DNA of 64,000 nt from an uncultured bacterium (GTDB lineage Bacteria; Myxococcota_A; UBA9042; PHBI01). The notes under the pieces were generated by a model. It worked only from the letters and a program-made list of their open reading frames with translations. It did no database searches and was not told the DNA's origin. The DNA lies in the NCBI GenBank assembly GCA_938040325.1, contig CALHXW010000060.1:9080-73079 (forward strand). The letters run 5' to 3'. Below are positions 37,119-46,500 of this stretch, one piece after another; the first letter of the stretch is position 1; each line of letters starts with the position of its first letter. A program made the position numbers and the translations under genes.

Positions 37119-38441
37119 TCAGTCGCCCGGTAGCGCTTGCCGCAGCCGCCGCCGCAAGGTCGTTCGGTCGACCGCGAGCACGATTGCGGCTTGGGTGAGG
37201 TTGCCGTTGCAGCTGGCCACGACCTTCTGAAGGTACCAGTCGCTGGCCTGTCGGAGCGTGGCCGAGTTGGCGGTGATGGCGGGCAGTGTGTGCGCAGCTG
37301 CTTTCGTTGCCTGCGACAAGCGCGGCTCCAGCCCCAGCATGTGCGAGCGTAGTGCATTTCGGAGCTCACGCACGTTGCCGCGCCAAGCATGTCGCTGAAC
37401 CTCGGCCGACCGGAGCCAGCGCTCCGCATCGTCAACCAGGCGCTCGTTCGGATCGTCTCCCACGTACGCACGCACCATCGACAGCCCGATGTCGACGATG
37501 TCCGTGGGACGCTCGCGCAGCGGTGGCACGTACAGCTCGACCCCTGCGAGGCGCTCGTAGAGGTCGCGACGGAACTCATTGCGCTCGACCATCGCGTCGA
37601 CGTCACGGTGGGTCGCGGCCACATAGCGAACGTCCACGCGCACCGACACGTCCGCGCCGACGGGGAGCAGCTCGTTGGTCTCCATGACCCGCAGCAGCTT
37701 CACCTGAGTGATCAGCGGCAGGTCACCGATCTCATCGAGAAAGATCGTGCCGCCATCGGCCGCACGCAGATGCCCGTCCCGACTGCGTGACGCGCCTGTG
37801 AATGCGCCTTTGACGTGGCCAAAGAGCTCGGCGGCGACCAGTGACGGCGACACGGCCGCTGCATTCAGCTGAGCCGACGGCGCGGGTGCATCCTCGTGAG
37901 CTCCGACCGTACCGGCGAGGATCGCCTGCGCCACAAGCTCCTTGCCTGTCCCAGTCTCCCCCAACACCAGCACATCGTGGTCACGGATGAGCGACTTCAA
38001 CTTCACCGCATCGAAGAGGTCGTGGCCAAAGCAGGTACGCCACGTCGTGAGCCGCACCGCGTCCATCTCCGACGAACCACCCACCATCGCGTTGAGGGCG
38101 TCGAACGCGCGCACCGCTGCGCCGACAACGGGCCCCCAACGCTGCCTAAACCCGCCGAGTCGCTCGTCGAGCCGCCGCGACACCCAGGCGTCAGGAATGA
38201 GCGCGTCTCGCTCTGGTCCGCTGCGGGATGCCCGACCGTGACAGGCGCCTACCAGCATGCGCTCAAGCGCCTCGAGGCTACCGTTCCTCATCAACGAGCG
38301 CGCGGCACGCTCGACCGTGTGGTCGTCATGCACCCACCGAGGTGGCCGCTCGACGCCATAAGGAGCTCCCAACCACTGCTCGGTGTCTGCGAGGAGCGCT
38401 CTCGTCTTCGGGGCAATACTCATGCCGGCAAGGTGGCGCAA
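37119..38441 (-). CDS. sigma-54-dependent transcriptional activator (bEBP; N-terminal unknown sensory domain, AAA+ sigma-54 interaction domain, C-terminal Fis-type HTH)
   Basis: Walker A ([16 protein letters not shown]), the GAFTGA motif and [14 protein letters not shown] are present, with a C-terminal HTH (…[20 protein letters not shown]). There is no receiver domain. Confidence 0.85.
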   Translation of the reverse strand: MRHLAGMSIAPKTRALLADTEQWLGAPYGVERPPRWVHDDHTVERAARSLMRNGSLEALERMLVGACHGRASRSGPERDALIPDAWVSRRLDERLGGFRQRWGPVVGAAVRAFDALNAMVGGSSEMDAVRLTTWRTCFGHDLFDAVKLKSLIRDHDVLVLGETGTGKELVAQAILAGTVGAHEDAPAPSAQLNAAAVSPSLVAAELFGHVKGAFTGASRSRDGHLRAADGGTIFLDEIGDLPLITQVKLLRVMETNELLPVGADVSVRVDVRYVAATHRDVDAMVERNEFRRDLYERLAGVELYVPPLRERPTDIVDIGLSMVRAYVGDDPNERLVDDAERWLRSAEVQRHAWRGNVRELRNALRSHMLGLEPRLSQATKAAAHTLPAITANSATLRQASDWYLQKVVASCNGNLTQAAIVLAVDRTTLRRRLRQALPGD

Positions 38442-38544
38442 ATTGACCCATTCGCCCAGGCATAAGACCTCGCCATTCGCGCGCCATCGGCGACCTCAGC
38501 CCGTAGACACCCTCAATGACTAGGCTTTTCCCTCCGCCGGAACT

Positions 38545-38560
38545 TGGCACCCTTCTCGCT
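38545..38560 (+). promoter_or_regulatory. candidate sigma-54 (-24/-12) promoter for the nfeD-SPFH operon
   Basis: The site TGGCAC-ccttc-TCGCT has GG and GC at the canonical 10-nt spacing, with TCGC instead of consensus TTGC. It lies about 40 nt upstream of the nfeD start and is divergent from the bEBP gene. Confidence 0.35.
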
Positions 38561-38597
38561 AACTGAGCGGGCGTTCCCGGCAACTAGGAGGTTCGCC

Positions 38598-39074
38598 ATG
38601 ACAGATATCACGAGCATTCTCAGCCCGACGACATGGGTGATCGTCGGCGCGGCACTGCTCATCTTGGAGATGCTGATCCCGACGTTCATTGTCGGCTCCT
38701 TCGGCGTCAGCGCGTTCTTCGCTGCAGGTGCAGCCGCACTCGGCTGGTCACCAGCCGTTCAGATCATCCTCTTCGGTGTCCTCGGACTGCTCTTGGTCCT
38801 TCCTGCCCGCCGCTACTTGCTGGCTCGAGGTCCAAAGCTCGCAGACGCGAGTGAAGCCCTCATCGGGACACGTGGCGTGTGTGTCGTTCCGGTCTCCTCT
38901 GCGGCAGGCGGAAAAGTCCGCGTCCAGGGTGCGACATGGAACGCCACTTCCGCTGCCGAAGAAATTGCCACCGACACCGCGATCACCGTGCTCGCCGTCG
39001 ACGGCATCTACTTAACGGTCGCAGCCGCGACCACCACGAACATGACACCAACCACAACTCAAAAGGAGTCTTAG
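38598..39074 (+). CDS. NfeD-family membrane protein
   Basis: An N-terminal TM hairpin (…VIVGAALLILEMLIPTFIVGSFGVSAFFAAGAAALGW…ILFGVLGLLLVL) is followed by a C-terminal OB/beta domain (…GTRGVCVVPVSSAAGGKVRVQGATWNATS…ITVLAVDGIYLTV). The start has an AGGAGG Shine-Dalgarno 7 nt upstream. The gene is immediately followed by an SPFH gene, the classic nfeD-SPFH pairing. Confidence 0.7.
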   Translation: MTDITSILSPTTWVIVGAALLILEMLIPTFIVGSFGVSAFFAAGAAALGWSPAVQIILFGVLGLLLVLPARRYLLARGPKLADASEALIGTRGVCVVPVSSAAGGKVRVQGATWNATSAAEEIATDTAITVLAVDGIYLTVAAATTTNMTPTTTQKES

Positions 39075-39076
39075 TC

Positions 39077-40015
39077 ATGGCTACAGGAACCATCATCGCC
39101 ATCGCCATCACCTCGATATTCGTCGTCTTCGTGCTCATGGGGATACGCATCGTGCCCCAAGCACAAGTCATGATGGTCGAGCGCCTCGGACGCTTCCACC
39201 GTCGGGCCGACAGCGGCTTCAACTTCATCATTCCCTTGGTTGACCAGGTGCGACGGTTCCAGACCGATGCAGGCATGAAGCGCGCCATCGACTTGCGCGA
39301 GCAGGTCATGGACTTCGAGCCACAGCCCGTCATCACGCGTGACAACGTGACGATGCGCGTCGACAGCGTCATCTACTACCGAGTGATGGACCCCCAGCGA
39401 GCGCTCTACGAGGTCGAGAGCCTTCCAAATGCGATTCGGCAGCTCGCGGTCACGAGCATGCGGAACGTGATGGGTGAGCTCGACTTGGACCAGACGCTGA
39501 CGTCTCGCGAGACCGTCAACGCCAGGCTCCAGGCCGTGTTGGACGAGGCGACCGACCTCTGGGGCGTCAAGGTCACGCGCGTTGAGCTGAAGAACATCAG
39601 CCCGCCGCAAGAGATCGAGGACGCCATGGCCAAGCAGATGAAAGCAGAGCGCGAGCGACGTGCCGTCGTGACCGAGGCCGAGGGCGAGAAGAGCTCTCAG
39701 ATTCTCAAGGCTCAGGGTCAGCGTGACGCTGCCATCGCGGTCGCCGAGGGCTACAAAGCGTCGCGCATCCTGGAGGCTCAGGGTCAGGCGGAGGCACTGG
39801 TCGAGATGAAGCGCGCGGAGGCCGAGGGCAAGCGCCTGACGTTCCAAGCCGTTCACGACGCCAACACCGACGATCGGGTCATCGCCATCGAGTACCTGCA
39901 GACGCTCAGAGAGCTGTCCCACGGCGCCGCCAACAAGATCTTTTTGCCCTTCGAGGCCACCGGAGTCTTGGGCGCGGTCGCCGGTATCGCCGATGTCGCG
40001 AAGCCGAAAACCTAG
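39077..40015 (+). CDS. SPFH/band-7 (stomatin-like) protein
   Basis: The start is the ATG at 39077 (AAAAGGAG 8 nt upstream). An N-terminal TM segment (IIAIAITSIFVVFVLMGI) is followed by a prohibitin-homology domain (…VPQAQVMMVERLGRFHR…GFNFIIPLVD…) and a C-terminal coiled coil. Confidence 0.85.
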   Translation: MATGTIIAIAITSIFVVFVLMGIRIVPQAQVMMVERLGRFHRRADSGFNFIIPLVDQVRRFQTDAGMKRAIDLREQVMDFEPQPVITRDNVTMRVDSVIYYRVMDPQRALYEVESLPNAIRQLAVTSMRNVMGELDLDQTLTSRETVNARLQAVLDEATDLWGVKVTRVELKNISPPQEIEDAMAKQMKAERERRAVVTEAEGEKSSQILKAQGQRDAAIAVAEGYKASRILEAQGQAEALVEMKRAEAEGKRLTFQAVHDANTDDRVIAIEYLQTLRELSHGAANKIFLPFEATGVLGAVAGIADVAKPKT

Positions 40016-40048
40016 CACTAGCGGAATGCCCGCACAGCGCTGAGAGCT

Positions 40049-40071
40049 TGCCGGGGCACAACGTGTCCCGG
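40049..40071 (+). other. GC-rich hairpin (10-bp stem with one G-U, 3-5 nt loop) downstream of the SPFH gene
   Basis: The sequence is GCCGGGGCAC-AAC-GTGTCCCGGC. No U-tract follows, so it is a possible rho-dependent or structural terminator, or a protein-binding dyad. Confidence 0.3.
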
Positions 40072-40556
40072 CAGCTTGCGATGGGCCTCGTCGCGTCGGT
40101 GCCTTATCTCCGACATGAGCAGTCTTCAACGTGGGCGCCCGGTTCCGTGCACGCCGCGCGACACGTCTTCTCTGCGCCTCGAGCTGGCAGGTCAGAGTCG
40201 ACCACGAGACGCGAATGCCGCTCGCTTCTGGGGCAAAGCACGGAGACCCGACGTTGCTACAGGTCAGCCTCGACGCCGAACGTCCCGTCGCGAACGCAGA
40301 CGCACAGCCACGGTCGCGAACGTCATCAAAAGCAAGTGCTTACGATCGATCTTTTTGCCGCTGGCGTGGGCAAGCAGCACGAGCGACACCCTTTCATGCG
40401 TCTTACAACGGCCATTCGATGCGTGGTCTCGTCGACCCAGCCGTTGACTGCTTCGTCGCCCTATTCCGGATTGCCAAAGACGGCTCCTGAGCCGTTTTGC
40501 GGACTTCGCGTGATGTGCTACCACCGAGGCCGTCTCAACCAGCACGAGGGAATACC

Positions 40557-43500
40557 ATGGCCTGCATCCGTCACGCCTCACGGCGCGCCTATTGGCTCAG
40601 CACCAGCTTGCTTGCTCTTGGACTGATCGCGACCACCGCGAGCTCAGCGCTCGCCGAAGAGCCCATCACGCTGCGCAGCTCATGGACGCTCAACGGCAAC
40701 TTCACGATCATCACCAACGAGAACAACGCCGATGAGGACGTCGACACCGACGTGACGACCGACGACTCCACCTCGGCAACGCTGGTTGTGCCGGCGACGT
40801 CGACCGTCGTCGCCGCTCGCCTGCACTGGGTCTGTCGGGGTGAAGACGCCATGGGCTTCGGTGCCGCCGACCAGGTGAAGCTCGAGACCCCCGACACCGC
40901 AGGCTACGTGCTTGTGACCAGCGAGAGCGACACCGCATGGGGCTCAGGCGCGGTCCTTCAGCGCGCCTTTCAAGCCGATGTGACAGCCCACGTCCAGTCA
41001 GCCGGTGACGTCACCGTTGCTGACCTTCGCTGCAACGGCGTCGATAACCTCGTCAACTACTGGGCGCTCACGGTGGTCTACGAGGACGCTCTTGAGCCAC
41101 TGCGCAACGTCTCGCTCTTCGACGGTTTCTCATTCTTTTCGTCATCGACGCAGACCTTTGAGCTGACCAACGTGGTCACGCCGCCGTCAACCACTGTGCC
41201 CAGCCGCTTTGGCATCGTGTCGACGTCGGGCCACAACAACCAGGTCGGCAGTGAGACAGTCCTGCTCGAGTGCCCATCTTGCGGCGCGAGCGGCATCGAT
41301 CTGGTTGCGGCGGCTGGCGACATGGCCAACCCCACCGGCAACATCTTCAACAACAACATCCGTGCCTTTGGTGGCGTCCCGCCGAGCAACCCAGCCGATC
41401 CGTCGCTACGCGGCAACGCAACGGTTGGCTACGACATGGACCTCTTCGAAGTCGCTGCCAGCACCCTGCCGGCCGACGAGAGTGAGTTCGACGTGTCGTA
41501 CTCGTCGGGCACCGACAACATCATCATGCACATCTTTGCCGTCAGCGTCGGCGTCAGGCGTCCGGTGCTTGAGGTATCCAAGCTCGCCACCCCAAGCCAA
41601 AGCCCGGCACTCACGGGCGACACCGTCAGCTACGAGATGACCGTCGCCAACAGCACCGACACCCCGGCCGACGCGGTCGTGCTGACGGACACGTTGCCGA
41701 CCGGCATGAGCTGGGACGGCGCGAGCATCGAGGTCTGGAACGCAGCCGACAGCGCGTACCGAGCGGTCACCGCGGCGTCCGGCGACGACGACTGCGAGAT
41801 CTCGGGCACGACCCTCACGTGTTGGCTCGGCCAGGGCGCAGACGGCGCTGCTGCCACCGGCGGGATCCTCGAAGCAGCCGACGGAACGCTGCGGGTTCGC
41901 GCAGTGGCCGTGATCGATGCCGTCGGCAACCCCGTCTGCAATCACGCCTCGGCCTCGTATACGTTTGTGGCTGGCGTCGAGACCCTGACCTTCACCGATG
42001 TCTCCGACGACCCGACCACCCCCACCGGCTTTGACTGCAGCGCCACAGCCGTCTGCGGCGACGGCCTCTTGGACGTGGCCGAGAGCTGCGACGACGCCAA
42101 CAGTACCGACGGCGACGGCTGCTCGGCAAGCTGCGAGCTGGACTCGCTCTTCGCATGTGCGACCACCGGGAGCTCACGCTCCACCGACACGGTCTTCGTC
42201 GCCCACACGTCACTCAGCGGCAACACATCGAAAGAGTCCAAGCTCTTCAGCGTCGCCCAGTCCACCAACGTCATCACGCCGCTCGGCGAGTTCAAGCGCG
42301 GCACGACCGACGTGCTTGTCGACGGACTCGCCGTCAACGTCGGGGGCGACCTCTTCGGCTTCGCCTACAACGTGACCACGGGGATGTCGCAGCTTGTGCG
42401 CATCAACCAAGCCAACGCCACGGTTGTCGACATTGGCAGCCCGCTGCCCTTCCTGGTCAACGGCGCAGGCTTCAACGCGCAAAACCAGCTCTGGGTCTCT
42501 GCGGTCCCGTCCGCCCACGGCGACGTCAACGCGATCACCAGCCAACCGCACAGCATTGCCCAGGTCGACGCTGCCACCGGCGCAGTGCTGAGCGGTCCGA
42601 CGCCGCTGGTCCTCAACGGCACGGCGTTCAGCTCGTCCCCCCGCGGACTCGACATCGCCTTCGACGCCGTCGGCGGCCTGATCATCGGCAACAACACGCT
42701 CATCTACCGGGTCGACAACATCGCCATCCCCGAGATGGTGCTGCTCGACACCATCAGCGGCCAGACGTTCTCCGGTATCAGCCTCGGCCCCGACAGCTGC
42801 CAGGGCAACGGCATCGACCACCAGTCGGCCGACAACTGGCTCGGCTGGAGTCTCGCAGGTGGACCGCTGACCAGCGATGGCGCCTTTGCGGCGGAAAACG
42901 CTGGCTCTGGCGACGCCGCTCGCGCGCCGATCTTCTGCGGAGGTGCCTGCCTCGACCACGACGGCGACGGTGTGCTCGACGCCAACGATCTCGACGACGA
43001 CAACGACGGCATCCTCGACACCGACGAGCTCGGCGCCGACCACTCGGGCGACAGCGACAACGACGGCATCGCCGACTACCGTGACGCCAGCATCGTGAGC
43101 TGCCCCGACGGCAACAGCGACGGTGTCTGCGACAGCCTTCCGGTCGATATTGACTTCGACGGCGACGGCGTGCCGAACCACTTCGACAGCGACAGCGACA
43201 ACGACGGCATCCCCGACCTCATCGAAGCGGGCGGCGTGGATGCCGACAGCGACGAGCTGGTCGACGGCTTCGTTGACGTCAACAACGACGGCTACCACGA
43301 CCCGCTTGTGATGACGCCACTCGAGGTGCCCGACACCGACGGGATGGATCTTGCGGACTTCCTCGACCTCGACGCCGACGGCGACGGCGTCAACGACATC
43401 GTCGAGGCCGGGGGCACCGACAGCGACGGCGACGGCGTGGTCGACATGTTCAATGACGTCGACGGCGACGGCTACCACGAGCCACTGCAGACCGCGCCAT

Positions 43501-46500
43501 GGCCTGTCCCCGACAGCGACGGTGACAGCGATCCCGACTTCCGCGACCTCTGTGGTGACGCCCGCGTGACGACCGGCGAGGCTTGCGATGACGGCAACAT
43601 GAGCACCGGCGACGGCTGTGACGATGCCTGCATGGTCGAGGCGGGATGGGTCTGCGGCGGCGGCTCCGACACGATGCCCTCGGTCTGTGACCCGGTCTGC
43701 GTTGACACGGCGGCGGGCACCGGCACCGATGCTGGCTGCAGCGCTGACCTGCCGATCTGCGACACGAGCGGCATGGTCCATGTCTGCGTCGAGCCCACCG
43801 ACGGCAACTGCCTGCCGAACGGCGACTTCGAAAACCTTGAGCCCGTCTGTGCCCAAGCTCTGCAGAGCACAGGCAACTGGGGCGTCGACTACGCCCACAT
43901 CGCGTCCGATGGCCTGGTGCGCAACGGCAACTACTCGCTGCACTTCGTCGGCACCGGCGTTGGCCAAAACCTCAACTCCGACGGCACATGCACCGGCACG
44001 CAGAGTGTCGGCGGTACGGGCTCCGACATCTACGCGGCGATCGACGCCCCACCCGGCCAGTGCCTGAAGATGACCGCCTACTTCAACCGTGCTGCGGGCA
44101 CGACCGACAGCGACTTCAGCTGCGGCCTGCGTGCGACGGACGGCATGGCGCCGCTGACCACCATCAGCACCTTCGGGACCGTCGTTGGCGGCGAGATCAA
44201 CACCATCACCAGCGACGCCGACCCGGACACCTGGGAGACCTGCAACGCCGAGCTCATCGTGCCCGTCGACGGCAGCCTCGTGCTGGCCTACGTCGCCGCA
44301 CTCGAGAACGTCAACGACGACGCAACCAACGAGTTCGGCGGTCACTACGCCGACGACATCCTGGTCGTCAAAGCCCCCATCAGCGAGTGCGACCACTGCA
44401 ACGACGGCGTGCAGGACGCCGACGAGACAGGCGTCGACTGCGGCGGCAGCTGCGACCCGTGTGTTGACGGCGAGGGCTGCGCCATCGACGCCGACTGCGA
44501 GACCGGCCTCTGCACCGATGGCATCTGCGGCCCCGGCCCAGAGGTATGCGACGACGGCATCGACAACGACGGCGACAGCGACGTGGACTGTGCCGACGTC
44601 GAGGACTGCGCGCTCCACATCAGCTGCCAGGGGGTCAACCCGTCGGCCCAGTGCTCGCCGGCTGGCGGCGTCACCGGCGACCTTGTCGGCGTCCAGGTCG
44701 CTCACGGTCTGACATCGGATGCTCCCGACTCGGACATCCTCACGTTCGCCATTCCACCGGGCGCGACCACAGCGCTCGTGTACGGCTTCGGCGGCACACC
44801 AACCGGAGACGGCGTCATCGATGACGAGGACGTCCACACGTCGTTTGCCACCGTCGACCTCGTCAACGGCACCTACGGCGGCTACTTCTCGGCCACCATC
44901 CGGACCGATGCCGCGAGCACCTCGGCCTACACCTGGGTCGATGAGGCACTCGGCACGCCGAGCATCACGGCGGCAAGCGCGCAAGGTGACACCTCCACCT
45001 TCGACGGACTGACCGTCGACCGCCCCGATGCGATGACCCTGACGGTCCGCGAGGTCAGCGCGATGCAGGACGCCGTCTACCTCGTCGAGTTCTACGACGG
45101 CACCAGCGAGAGCCTCAACCTGACGACGACGCGCTCAACCCGCATCGAGATTGGCGACAACTACGAGAGCTTCGCCATCCCGGCTGGCACCGACTGGATC
45201 ACGATCGATGCCTACAACGTCGACGACTGGCGCGGGCCAAGCTCCGCGGGCGTCAGCTTCCACGAGCCCATCGGCGCCGGCCGCTTTGTCATCGACGTGG
45301 CCAACGCCACTGCCACGGGCTTCGCCGGCCAAAACTACGGCTCTGGCGATGCCTATACCTGCAAGTATGGCTTCACGGGCTACGACGTCTCCCAGCCGAC
45401 GACCGCGACGGATGGCGGCGTCCTGGCCTCAGCAGCGATCATCGACGGCGACACGTCGCTGACCGGGACCGCAGGCTGCCCATCACCGAGCCTGTGGCTC
45501 GACGGCAACGTGCTGCACTACCGAAAGGCGCCCGCCGCGTGGGCGATCGACGCACGCCAGAGTGTCATCGTCGACTTCTGGACCAAGACGGGGGCGCCGA
45601 CGGCGGCCAAGGCCATCGGCTCATCGACGGCCTACAACACGAGCACCGGCGTGTTCGAACCAGGGCTCATTTCGCGCCCCATGACCCTGGCGGTCCCTGG
45701 CGGCACCGACTTCTCCCAGGTCCGTTGGTCCATCAACACGCCGATCAACCAGCCCGACAAGGAGCTCAACGAGAACTTCGGCTTCGGCGCAAACCTCGTC
45801 GACTTCAACAAGGGCGAGGTCAGCTGGCGCGGCGTCTACAACAACGGCGCGGTGATGGCGGCGCAGGTCCTCATGCTGGGCACCGTGCCCTTCGGCGTTG
45901 CTGCCGTGCCGGACCCGAGCGGCTGGCCGGACCGGTTCCCGAGCCACACCGTCACCACGTTCGACCCGGTCGCCTCCGAGCTGACGTTCACCTTCAACTC
46001 GCAGCCCTATGAGCAGACGGTCATGCACATGCAGCACTTCGCGCGTGGCCTCGACTTCAGCATCGGGGGCGGCAACGTCGCGACGACACCGACGGCGACC
46101 TGCGAGATGGGCATCACGACCATCGCGCTCAACATCTGCAACACGGGCGCCTCACGCTTCAACGCCCAGCTCCCCGTGACGCTCTACGACGCCGACCCGA
46201 CGGCCGGCGCGGCCAACGTCGTCAGCACGCAGCTCGTCCAGCTCGATGTGGACGGTGGCTTCTGTGCCTCGCCGACGGTGACGCTCAGCGCAGCCGAGTC
46301 AGGGCTCGCCGACAACCTCTACATCGTGGTTCACGACAACGGGAGCGTCGCAGCGACGGGCACGCCCTTTGCGCTCTCCGCGCTGGCGATGCAGCCGACG
46401 GCCACCAACATCAACGAGTGTGACTTCTCCGACAACCTCTACGGCGCGCTCCAGGACCCGTGCGCCCCGACCTGCCGCGACACGGCGGTGGGTGCCGCCG

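Noticed and set aside
40048-40626. Small ORFs in the 540-bp gap before the second giant gene
   Set aside because: They are overlapping, Arg-rich, lack Shine-Dalgarno motifs, and are more likely non-coding leader or promoter sequence.
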